From the NCBI GenBank assembly GCA_040830765.1, contig JBFOMH010000003.1, positions 1 to 64,000 of the forward strand: a DNA stretch of 64,000 nucleotides. Direction: 5' to 3'. The stretch comes from Puniceicoccaceae bacterium. Lineage in GTDB: Bacteria; Verrucomicrobiota; Verrucomicrobiia; Opitutales; Oceanipulchritudinaceae. The stretch's first letter is position 1, and every line of letters starts with the position of its first letter. Below are positions 41,426 through 50,301 of this stretch, one piece after another. Position numbers and translations under genes: made by a program. The notes beneath the pieces are model-generated. The model made no database searches. It was not told the origin of the DNA and saw nothing but the letters and a program-made list of their open reading frames with translations.

Positions 41426-41593
41426 ATGAAAAACATCAAACGCATCCTAATACTCGTTGTGGCTATCTGTTTAGCCTCAGTCGGGCTAAATGCACAAGCT
41501 GAAACCGTCAGTAAGAAGGTAATCAAGGATTTGGACTCCAAGAGTTCCGGTTCCATTCTCATGAGTATCTACTGTATCGTCGGCATCAAGTAG
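41426..41593 (+). CDS. Unlisted 55-aa small secreted peptide, candidate RiPP precursor
   Basis: Hand translation: MKNIKRILILVVAICLASVGLNAQA|ETVSKKVIKDLDSKSSGSILMSIYCIVGIK*; Sec-type signal with AxA site; GGAG 4 nt upstream; directly upstream of the YcaO-like gene. Confidence 0.65.
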   Translation: MKNIKRILILVVAICLASVGLNAQAETVSKKVIKDLDSKSSGSILMSIYCIVGIK

Positions 41594-41650
41594 CCCTTAG
41601 GAGTAACGCAACACTGAATACTAACCGTAACGTATAACAAAGGCCTAGAA

Positions 41651-42631
41651 ATGACCACCCTGTCACAGTCAGCAACGCTGCCCGTTCCCTATGATTTGAG
41701 CGCAGCACCCGAATGGTTCCTCAAGAAAGCACGCTTCGCCAAGCGGTTTTTCCTGAATCTTGCCCCCATCCGCTATGCGCTGGCTGCTGAAGAAGGGGGT
41801 CCTATCAGCCAGGTGGAATACGGCCAGGCGGAATACATGGGCCAGCTCTGGCAGCTGTGCCGGGCGACCTTGCAGGAGGATTTCCAGCACCCGATGGGGA
41901 AAAAGCTGGAGTTGTTCTCCTCCGCAGACGGCTCGGGCATGGGGCTGACACGGCTTGAGGCCCGCGCCAAGGCTATCTCCGAAGCCCTCGAACGCTGGGC
42001 CTACACGGAGACCAGTTCCGGACCGGACGCTGTTCTCTATGGATATCCGTATTCCATGAGTACCAAGGGCATGGCCGCCTTTCCCAGTGTTTTCCCGGGA
42101 ATGGCACGCCGCACCGCCATTTCAGAGGCTTTTGAATACTACTCGGTGGACGCGTGGTGGGGAGGCACTCTCAACCACTGGATAATCAATCGGGACGATT
42201 CAACTATCGTCTTCATCAACCAGCCTGAGTTCAAGGGACATATCGCCTTGGCTATCCGGCACCTCGACCTGAACGACTATGTCGCCGCTTACGGGATAGG
42301 ATCGGGTGCTACGGCTGAAGAAGCCGAACTCAAGGCACAACTGGAAGCCTGCCGCTCACAGACCATTCTCGAACGGCGTGATGCGACACCCCACCGTGTC
42401 CGTAACAAGCCCGTCCTGGAAATGGAACAACGCCTGCTCGAGTTCTCTTCGCGCGAAGGCTTTGCCATGGTCAAGGATCGTCTTGCCAGTCGCCCGTGGT
42501 TGCCGGAAATCAAGCCCAACGTCATCTTCGACGGACCGGTCAAGGGACCATGGAATAAGTACGCCCATGTCTGGCGCTACGCACTGGAGCCCTTCCCGAT
42601 TAAGTATCGCCAACGTCAGTTTGTTGCCTGA
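41651..42631 (+). CDS. Short YcaO-like protein
   Basis: GSGMG..EARAKAISEALERW, STKGMAA..ARRTAISEAFE, GIGSG..AELKAQLE resemble the three Glu-containing ATP/Mg motifs of YcaO. Confidence 0.7.
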   Translation: MTTLSQSATLPVPYDLSAAPEWFLKKARFAKRFFLNLAPIRYALAAEEGGPISQVEYGQAEYMGQLWQLCRATLQEDFQHPMGKKLELFSSADGSGMGLTRLEARAKAISEALERWAYTETSSGPDAVLYGYPYSMSTKGMAAFPSVFPGMARRTAISEAFEYYSVDAWWGGTLNHWIINRDDSTIVFINQPEFKGHIALAIRHLDLNDYVAAYGIGSGATAEEAELKAQLEACRSQTILERRDATPHRVRNKPVLEMEQRLLEFSSREGFAMVKDRLASRPWLPEIKPNVIFDGPVKGPWNKYAHVWRYALEPFPIKYRQRQFVA

Positions 42632-42698
42632 CCAGGCACCGCTGCTGCCAATCTGCTGTCAATCTCCACAAACCGTCTTCATCCTAACCACAGGCACA

Positions 42699-43193
42699 AT
42701 GAGCACGCATGAAAGCACTTTCAACTTCCCGTTCATCTCCAACCTGATTTCTGACAAGGCTGGTGAGCGAACGAGCCAATTCCGTAAACAGGCTGTCTCC
42801 ATGAAAGAAAAAGCCCTCTGCCTTGACGACGACCCCCTTTCGCTTCGTCTGGTTGAGCACCTGTTGAAGGAGCGCTACCAGGTTGTTTCCTGTCCCACCA
42901 TTGATGCCGCAGTCAAGGCGGTACGGCGGCACAAGTTCTGCCTCTTCCTGTGCGACTATCATCTCGGGGAGCATTTCACTGGCGCTCGCGCCAACGAAAT
43001 CCTCACCCGGAAATACCGTTTCAATCCAATCCACCGGGTTCTGATCACTTCCTACCCGTCGCCGGAAATTGAAAAGGAGACCCTGGCCAGCGGATTTGAA
43101 AGAGTATTCGCAAAACCGCTACGTCGAGAGTTCCAATCCTATTGCCTGAGCCTTTACCGTCCTCCCCTCAAGAGTGGCATGGCCGTAGGCTGA
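42699..43193 (+). CDS. Single-domain response regulator receiver protein
   Basis: CLDDD, FLCDYHL, LITS, FAKPL; start at 42699 or 42801. Confidence 0.8.
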   Translation: MSTHESTFNFPFISNLISDKAGERTSQFRKQAVSMKEKALCLDDDPLSLRLVEHLLKERYQVVSCPTIDAAVKAVRRHKFCLFLCDYHLGEHFTGARANEILTRKYRFNPIHRVLITSYPSPEIEKETLASGFERVFAKPLRREFQSYCLSLYRPPLKSGMAVG

Positions 43194-43409
43194 ATCCAGC
43201 AAGCGAAGCCCCCGTCATGATTGCCATTACCACCATAGGCCTTCTGGCCAATGGAACCCACCCCGTCCCCCGGGATGGCCACCCGAGACCTCGTACGGTC
43301 CGGAGGGGTTGCCGACCCCTGCCCAAGCCCGCCACTGTCCGCGTCAGGAAGGATCGGGGAGAACGCTAAAATTATTGCCAGCGGGATAAGGAAACGGCTT
43401 CCTTGAAGC

Positions 43410-45599
43410 ATGACTCTCGCTGCCAGACTGACGGCCTTGTTGATTATCGTCGCCGTCACGCCCGACCTCCCGGGCAAACCCAAGCCGGTTCCGGCTACCG
43501 GGCATGGAGTGCCACCGCCTCCGGTTGAGCTGAGCGGATCAAACGACACCCTGCTGCAGGCCAACCTGGCACCTGAGAACCAATATTCGATCGGCAGTCC
43601 CTCCGATGAAGAGCAGGCCATTGTCGAGATGATTAACCGGGCCCGTGCGGATGCCGACGCGGAAGCGCTACGTCTCGCCAATACCACCGACCAGGATGTC
43701 CTGGATGCGATCTGCTTTTTTGGTGTCAACCTGCCGGAGATGATCAACCAGTTCGCTGCCCTCCCCCAGTCCCTTCCCCCGCTTTCCATCCATCCTGAAT
43801 TAACGGATATGGCCCGCCTTCATTCCCAGGACATGTTTGACAATGTTTTCCAGGGCCACACCAGTTCCGGCACTCCCCCCGCTCCCTACTCCGCCGGGGA
43901 CACACTCTCAGACCGTGCTGCCGAGTTCACCTATGCCTACACGACGCTCGGAGAGAATGTTTATGCCTTCGCCAGATCTGATGCCTATGGTCATGCCAGT
44001 TTTGAAATCGACTGGGGATTCGATGCCTTTGGGATGCAAAGCCCACCGGAACACCGGGAAACGATTCATGATGCCCGATTTAAGGAAATTGGAATTGGCA
44101 TTATCAAGGGAACTAATTCGACCGAGTCCCTGACCGTTGGTCCCTTGCTGATGACCCAGGTATTCGGCGAGCCCCAGTCGTCAGGTCCCTTTATTACGGG
44201 CGTCGCCTATTACGACCTCAATGGAAATGGATTTTATGACGCCGGAGAGGGACTTGGCGGATTGACCGTTTCCACCGAGGAAACGACGGCCTGGGCACTG
44301 ACCGCAAACAGCGGGGGTTACTCCATTCCGGTCCCGTCGGATGGCGCCTACACGGTTACATTTTCCGGGTTAGGCATCACGCCCCAGACTACGGTCGTCA
44401 ACGTGGCGTCCGGGGAAAACATCAAGCAGGACTTTGCCATTGGATATGTCCCACCCGTCCTCTCCGGCTCATCCACGCCCTTTACCGGGATCGACAACGA
44501 ATATGCCATATCTCCAACGCCAGGAGCTACTGGCTACTGGTTCAAGGTATATACTGAAAATGTCACTACATGGCTGGAGGGGGCCGAGAACGGTAACACG
44601 GATGTCACGATCCTCAACAGCCCTGAATACGTCGTCATCCAGGGAGAGGTGGTCCGCAACGGGGCCAATGCCTTTCACCTTGCCCATCCGGGAGGCGGAA
44701 GCGACCAGGTCATCACGCTTCAGCATACCATATTTCCAACCGCCAGCAGTGAACTTCGTTTTGGCAGCAAGCTGCAGTATGCAACCTCCTCGCAAACGGC
44801 CAATGTGGACGTATCCACCAACGAAGGAATATCATGGACCAATATTTACCGCCAGACAGGATCCAACTCCAGCGGGGAAGCCGGTTTTGTCTACCGTTTT
44901 GTCCCTCTGGGAAGTTATGCCGGCCAACCGCTGCGGATTCGCTTCCGCTACTCCGTTGAAGGATGCAACCCCTCCATCTACGATGGTATCACCACAAACA
45001 TTGGCTGGATTATCGACGACATTACGGTGGCCAACGCGACCCGCTTGCTCCCGGAAAGCGAATTCATCCTGGGGTCCCCAATAGCGACTTTCAATCCCGC
45101 CACCGCCGGGGAATTCTACCTCACTGCCCGTCCGGTCAACAATTTCAAGGGCTTCCCCTATGGTCCGCTCCTCAAGGTAACATCCGGACCTGCCGGGCCG
45201 CAGGACTTGTGGCGGCTGGATAACTTCCTCCAGGCCGACCTCAATGACTCAGCCAAGGAATCGACAATATGGGGCGACCTCGCTGATCCCGACAAGGATG
45301 GATTGGGCAACTTACTTGAGTACGCCCTGGCGGGTAATCCCAACCTCGCCGATGCCCACATGATTATGCCGCAGTTCGGCCGGTCGGGAGGTGTCCTGAC
45401 GCTCAGTTACACGATGCAACGCTCTGAATTGAGCTACCGCGTCCTGACGAATACGGATCTCCAGGACCAGCCATGGACATCAACCGGGGTCAGCCAGACG
45501 CCGGATCCCGACACCGCGAGCGAAGGCACCCCCATAGAGGCTTCCGTGACCCTCGGCGTTGGTCGCCGTTTCCTGCAGCTTGAGGTGGTTGAGCCCTGA
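43410..45599 (+). CDS. Secreted multidomain CAP (SCP) protein
   Basis: INRARAD, ARLHSQDM, GEN, HRETI, EIGIG; SdrD-like YYDLNGNGFYDAGEG; C-terminal DPDKDG..EYAL tail. Confidence 0.8.
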   Translation: MTLAARLTALLIIVAVTPDLPGKPKPVPATGHGVPPPPVELSGSNDTLLQANLAPENQYSIGSPSDEEQAIVEMINRARADADAEALRLANTTDQDVLDAICFFGVNLPEMINQFAALPQSLPPLSIHPELTDMARLHSQDMFDNVFQGHTSSGTPPAPYSAGDTLSDRAAEFTYAYTTLGENVYAFARSDAYGHASFEIDWGFDAFGMQSPPEHRETIHDARFKEIGIGIIKGTNSTESLTVGPLLMTQVFGEPQSSGPFITGVAYYDLNGNGFYDAGEGLGGLTVSTEETTAWALTANSGGYSIPVPSDGAYTVTFSGLGITPQTTVVNVASGENIKQDFAIGYVPPVLSGSSTPFTGIDNEYAISPTPGATGYWFKVYTENVTTWLEGAENGNTDVTILNSPEYVVIQGEVVRNGANAFHLAHPGGGSDQVITLQHTIFPTASSELRFGSKLQYATSSQTANVDVSTNEGISWTNIYRQTGSNSSGEAGFVYRFVPLGSYAGQPLRIRFRYSVEGCNPSIYDGITTNIGWIIDDITVANATRLLPESEFILGSPIATFNPATAGEFYLTARPVNNFKGFPYGPLLKVTSGPAGPQDLWRLDNFLQADLNDSAKESTIWGDLADPDKDGLGNLLEYALAGNPNLADAHMIMPQFGRSGGVLTLSYTMQRSELSYRVLTNTDLQDQPWTSTGVSQTPDPDTASEGTPIEASVTLGVGRRFLQLEVVEP

Positions 45600-45606
45600 G
45601 GTTTCC

Positions 45607-46767
45607 CTAATTGGGGCTGGCTACAAAACGGATGAGCAGGGCATCATGCTCAAGGGGCAGGAGGATTTGCTCCAGGACGATGGCCCGGCCATCGGAAATC
45701 CGGGTATCCAGGTTGAGAACAGAACCGGCCATTTGCCACGTTTCGCCATCGTGGCTGTAGTGGATATTTAATTCAACTTCCGCACCGAGGTTCCTCCAAT
45801 ATACCAGGGAATATCCATCTTCAGGATCGATCGCCTGGGAGATAGAGGGCCGGCTGCCGGCATCGCTGGGGTCGGATGCGAACAGGTATTCCATCAATTG
45901 CGACCAGCCATCCCTGTCTGTGTCAGCGTTTTCCACTGGCTCCAAGGCATATCCCCCGCTCCAGTCAGCAAAGGAGACAACGGGAACGGTGGCCGGGTTC
46001 ATCACACCAACCGCATCCAAGTCAAATCCGGACGTAATGATCGTTGGATACGGATCATAAATCGCGTAGCCCTCGCAATCCATCCGGGTGCCATCCCCCG
46101 GTATGTCAACCAGGCGGACATACCGGATCGCCTCCATGTTTAAATACGGAAAATTCTCCTCCACCGATTCAGCATAGGCTTCACTGAACCGGTCATAGCC
46201 CTGCAGCAGGGCAGCATGGACCGCGGCGAGCTCGGCCAGGTCAAACGGGGTTCCAAATCCCCCCGCGTGCTTCCCGGCAAATCCCTCGATGTATTCCGGT
46301 TGTAATACCCCGAATGCACCGACGGGCTCCGCAGTCAGGGAGTAATTGGGAAACCGGACAAAATGCAGGCCATCTGAGGAAACCTCCACATAGGCCAATT
46401 CGAGAAATGTCCCGCTGAAGCTGTTTTCAAACACGGCAAAGTCGTAGCCCCCACCATCCCGGATTGAGGGCGTGAATTCCAGGACTGCCGAGCCGCCACG
46501 ACCCAATACGACGACGTCATTCCCGTTCAGAAAAGCCGGACCGAGACCTGCTTCCGGCGTTTTCCACTCCTCAGCCACTTCCTCGCCGTACGTAACCTCG
46601 ATCCCTGTGGCCCAACCCTTGATGACCGGGTCTTGATTCCAGATAGCGACTGTTCCCGGTTCCCCGGCGGCCGGACTGAAGGGAAACACCGGAGCTTCAT
46701 ATCCCAGTGCCAGCGTTGGCGGAAATCCGGTAATGGCCAGCAGCCCAAACTGAAGAAGGTGCCTCAT
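45607..46767 (-). CDS. Cell-surface protein of a type often found beside TonB receptors
   Basis: Signal peptide; [46 protein letters not shown] tail. Confidence 0.65.
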   Translation of the reverse strand: MRHLLQFGLLAITGFPPTLALGYEAPVFPFSPAAGEPGTVAIWNQDPVIKGWATGIEVTYGEEVAEEWKTPEAGLGPAFLNGNDVVVLGRGGSAVLEFTPSIRDGGGYDFAVFENSFSGTFLELAYVEVSSDGLHFVRFPNYSLTAEPVGAFGVLQPEYIEGFAGKHAGGFGTPFDLAELAAVHAALLQGYDRFSEAYAESVEENFPYLNMEAIRYVRLVDIPGDGTRMDCEGYAIYDPYPTIITSGFDLDAVGVMNPATVPVVSFADWSGGYALEPVENADTDRDGWSQLMEYLFASDPSDAGSRPSISQAIDPEDGYSLVYWRNLGAEVELNIHYSHDGETWQMAGSVLNLDTRISDGRAIVLEQILLPLEHDALLIRFVASPN

Positions 46768-46773
46768 ATTGCC

Positions 46774-48801
46774 TTATATGGAGTAATTAAGCCGGATGAA
46801 GGCCTGACGTCCCGGGCCCGGGTAAAAGCCTCCGCTATAGGCGGAAACCGCGTGGTTTCGATCAAACAGGTTGTGAATACCCCCCGACACAACAAATTGG
46901 GGGTGGGGATTCCAGCGGAACATCAGATCCACGATCCCATAGGCGGGAATCCTGCGGAAGGCGTTCGCGAAGTCATTCCCCTGAACCTGTGATGATAAGT
47001 AGCGACCGTGAAGTTGTATTCGCAGGGAATCAACCGGCTTGAACCAGCCGGTGAGCCCACCCTCGTACCGGGGAACAAGTGGCAGCCGCTTTCCTACAGA
47101 CTCGTCCTCGAATTCAGTCCGCACCACGGTGGCATGCATGGAAATGCCGTAGCGGTCTTTTCGATACGCTGCATTCAGCTCCAAACCGCTCCGGACTGTG
47201 TCACCAATATTGATGTTCAGGCGCTCTGACTCGGAAAAGCTGATCTCATCATCCATGCGCAAGTGGAAGACGGTCGCCGAAAGGTGCCAGTTGTCCTCAA
47301 AGCGCTTCAACCCGGCCTCGAAATTATGGCCCGTTTCCGGCTCCAAATTCACGTTGAGGGGATCCCTCAGGGGAAATCCCTGGTAAGAAGCCGTTTCATC
47401 AAGCGCCGGATACCGGTAGACACGGTCCCAGCCGGCCCACAGATTGAGCCCTTGGGACAACTTCTTTACCAGTGAAACCTCAGCCGACCAGCCGGACTTT
47501 GTAATTGTGCCGTCATATGAGGCCTCCTCATCGATATCCGGATTCTCCTGGTATTCGGGATTCGGGAATGTGCCTCGGTTCGTCTCGATAAACGGGTTCA
47601 GCTGATTCTCCTCGTAGCGGACATAGTCATTCGCTGAACGCGCTGTCTCCAGTCGCAACCCTCCCGACAATTCCAGGGTGGAGCTCAACTCCCTTGAAGA
47701 AAACAGGTATCCCCCCACGGTCAGGCGCCCGATATCCGCAAAGGAGCGTAGAATGTCCCCCGCTTCATTCGTATAGTCCCGATGCCGCACCTCATCTCCG
47801 GCAATGTCCAGACCCGTCATCAAGAACCCTTTACCGTCGCCCAGACGGACCCGCGGGGATAGCGTCAACTGGCGTTGGCGGTTGTCCCCAAATCTCCCTT
47901 CCAGGTTGGACTGGCGCTGGCGCTGCAAAACTCCACCGTTCATTTGCCAGCTGCCCCAATCTTCCTGGCCTTCCCCCATCAGGGTCGCCTGCCAGTTCTC
48001 TGCCTCAACCCGCTCCTTGCCTCCGTTGTTGGACTGGCGCGGATTTTCCCGGAACTGCCCATAGGTCAACGGCCCGGGAAATTGGATCGCTGAGTCTCCA
48101 GCCGTAAACCGTCCCCTCCACCTGGGACCACTGGTTCCACCCACATTCCAGGATAGGTGGCCGGTTCGGCTCTCAATATCCGAGTTTTCCCGGTAGCCTT
48201 TGGATTCCATCCAGTCGAGCCCACCCCGCAGGCCCACGGTCCCCAGCGCCTGCTGCAGGGATGCCGATGCCCGGCGTGTGGCATCACTTCCAAATTCTCC
48301 CTCAAGGTTTCCTGCCAATTCGCCCCCAGGTTCCCGGGTGCGCAACTTCACCACTCCGGATACGGCATGGTTCCCATACAAGACCGTCTGCCCCCCACGC
48401 AGGACTTCCACCGTCTCCAACTCCCCCAGCGAAAGGCCCAGCCAGTTAATTCCCCCCATGTCCGGCGGATTGTACACCTGCCCGTCCACCAGTACCAATA
48501 CCCGCAAGCCGCTGTTGTCCCCAAAACCCCTCAGGGCCAGCTGCCCCTCCGCTCCTGTCCCGGTGAATTGGCGAAACCGTACCCCAGCCGCCTGCTCCAA
48601 TACCTGCGGCACGCTCCACGCCCCGCTCGTCTCCAAATCCACCCGCTCCAGACGCACCACGCTCGCCGGTATCTCCATCCCCAGCCCGTCAAAATGCCAC
48701 GCTTCCACCACGTACGGACCCAGCTCCACCACCGGCTCCGCTTCCACCCTCAGAACCGCCAGTAGCAACAGGATTATCCACCTCTGTCCATTTCCCTTCA
48801 C
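46774..48801 (-). CDS. TonB-dependent receptor
   Basis: GGAGG RBS + GTG at 48801; plug LRGFG..LVLVDG..EVLRGG..LYG..GVV; LEPETG; NLFDR..PGRQ..NYSI terminal strand. Confidence 0.9.
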   Translation of the reverse strand: MKGNGQRWIILLLLAVLRVEAEPVVELGPYVVEAWHFDGLGMEIPASVVRLERVDLETSGAWSVPQVLEQAAGVRFRQFTGTGAEGQLALRGFGDNSGLRVLVLVDGQVYNPPDMGGINWLGLSLGELETVEVLRGGQTVLYGNHAVSGVVKLRTREPGGELAGNLEGEFGSDATRRASASLQQALGTVGLRGGLDWMESKGYRENSDIESRTGHLSWNVGGTSGPRWRGRFTAGDSAIQFPGPLTYGQFRENPRQSNNGGKERVEAENWQATLMGEGQEDWGSWQMNGGVLQRQRQSNLEGRFGDNRQRQLTLSPRVRLGDGKGFLMTGLDIAGDEVRHRDYTNEAGDILRSFADIGRLTVGGYLFSSRELSSTLELSGGLRLETARSANDYVRYEENQLNPFIETNRGTFPNPEYQENPDIDEEASYDGTITKSGWSAEVSLVKKLSQGLNLWAGWDRVYRYPALDETASYQGFPLRDPLNVNLEPETGHNFEAGLKRFEDNWHLSATVFHLRMDDEISFSESERLNINIGDTVRSGLELNAAYRKDRYGISMHATVVRTEFEDESVGKRLPLVPRYEGGLTGWFKPVDSLRIQLHGRYLSSQVQGNDFANAFRRIPAYGIVDLMFRWNPHPQFVVSGGIHNLFDRNHAVSAYSGGFYPGPGRQAFIRLNYSI

Positions 48802-48856
48802 GTGACCTCCATACCCCTCATAATGGCACGGGAATGTCAATAAGGAAGGGAGTGTG

Positions 48857-50128
48857 CTATTGGGCACTGGCTCGGATGAACCGGGGGGCACCTGGCTGGA
48901 GGGCATTGGCATCCCTGACGGTGAGGTTCCATGTCCCGTCGCCGTTGGGGGAATTCCCTTCGACAATGACCTCGGCGGGATCGCTGGAGCTCCATGAACC
49001 GTCAAAGGACAGGGAGACACTGGTCCATCCGGCAAGGTCGCTACCCACTTCTACCGTATATTGGAGATCGGGGTCCTCACGGGTAGAGAAGACAGCCTGG
49101 AGGTGGCGCGCTCCGGTCAGCTCCGTCGTCCCGGAAAGCAGGGGTACGGGGTCGGTTGGATCGGAAGGGTCGAGGACAAAGGCGTATTCGGTAAAGTTGT
49201 CCAATCCGTCGCCATCGAAGTCGACAGCCGGACCAGCGACCGCCCAGTCGGTTGTCCCGAAGGCGGAGTTCATCCAGGAGACATACCCCGCCGTGGCGTC
49301 AACGGAGAAAGCAGAAATGGAGGCATCCAGGGAAGCGGCATAGTTCCCGATGTAGGAAAAGCCACTCAAGTTGCGCAGGTCCTCGAAGGCAGGCCGGCTG
49401 TCAATATCCACTGTTCCAATGAACCAGTTGATTCCAATCAGGGTAAGGACACCGCCGACGTCCCGCAGAAGAGGGGCTCCGGAATCTCCAATTTGCAGAT
49501 AAGCTTCGAAAGACACAAAATCCGGATCATCCGGCAGGTCCTGGTAGGCCAGTACAGCCTGATCGACAGTGCCAGAGTCACTGAAGTCCTCAATCCAATC
49601 ATTGAGGATATTCTTCCCCAGCGCCATATCGGTCACCAAAGGGAAGCTGGAAGGGGAACGGCCGACCATGAATGCCTCCTCGCCCGCATGCGAGGAGCTG
49701 AAGAAGCCAGCCGTATTGGCGATGGCCTCATCGGTGAAGGACATGGGAGTGTATCCGGCTGGGACTGGATCGGCCAATACACCCAGCCAGAGATCCGAGT
49801 CTTCAACCCTTTGCCCGGCAATGAGCTGCCTGCTCACAGATTCACCTGAGGGGTCGTTCGATTGATGGAATGTCATCGTACTCCCGATGGCCGGAAAGAA
49901 GTGATTGGCGGAAAGGATAACGTTTCCGCTGACCAGGGTACCCCAGCGCCCGGATTCGTTGAGGCCAATTGCCGAGAGGTCATAGGCAGCCGCGACAAAA
50001 GCCGGGTCGTTGCTGAATCGATCGTTACTGCCGCTGCTAAAGCCTTCAATGACAATGGCAGCCTCTCCCTGAAGACTCCCGCCGAGAAGGGCTCCGAGAA
50101 GCAGCAAAAATGGATTCCGACCAGGCAT
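48857..50128 (-). CDS. Secreted trypsin-like serine protease-fold protein
   Basis: Signal peptide; ILSANHF, SDLWLG, GDSGAPL, LIGIN; DFDGDG..EYAF tail. Confidence 0.7.
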   Translation of the reverse strand: MPGRNPFLLLLGALLGGSLQGEAAIVIEGFSSGSNDRFSNDPAFVAAAYDLSAIGLNESGRWGTLVSGNVILSANHFFPAIGSTMTFHQSNDPSGESVSRQLIAGQRVEDSDLWLGVLADPVPAGYTPMSFTDEAIANTAGFFSSSHAGEEAFMVGRSPSSFPLVTDMALGKNILNDWIEDFSDSGTVDQAVLAYQDLPDDPDFVSFEAYLQIGDSGAPLLRDVGGVLTLIGINWFIGTVDIDSRPAFEDLRNLSGFSYIGNYAASLDASISAFSVDATAGYVSWMNSAFGTTDWAVAGPAVDFDGDGLDNFTEYAFVLDPSDPTDPVPLLSGTTELTGARHLQAVFSTREDPDLQYTVEVGSDLAGWTSVSLSFDGSWSSSDPAEVIVEGNSPNGDGTWNLTVRDANALQPGAPRFIRASAQ

Positions 50129-50301
50129 GATGAATTAGACAGAGAATACAGCTCAACGGTGAGAGACCGATAAGAGATTACTGCAAGGTGTAACATCCAT
50201 CAAGTGCGGCAATCACCCGTCTTAAAGATTAATTTTTCTAATTTAAAACTTGTACTGTTTAAGTTCTGCTAATTAGAACTGATGTCCGGAAGAATCAGCT
50301 C

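Noticed and set aside
41407..41562. 52-aa N-terminal extension of the kinase ORF
   Set aside because: A signal-like segment begins at 41406/41394 and the opposite strand encodes a more convincing signal-peptide ORF; not fully excluded.
42306..42698. Long N-terminus of the 295-aa ORF
   Set aside because: Overlaps the YcaO-like gene out of frame; receiver similarity begins only after 42699/42801.
43310..43365. Possible cobalamin riboswitch (gcccgccactgt...ggaagg)
   Set aside because: Other conserved elements (GGGAA..GGTG, B12 box) not found, and it is not upstream of the TonB receptor.
43217..43369. 50-aa Arg/Pro-rich ORF as a second precursor peptide
   Set aside because: Composition is typical of GC-rich non-coding frames; no RBS and no similarity to the 55-aa peptide.
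48802..49035. Extended N-terminus of the TonB receptor ORF
   Set aside because: Overlaps the upstream gene; GGAGG + GTG at 48801 gives a proper signal peptide.
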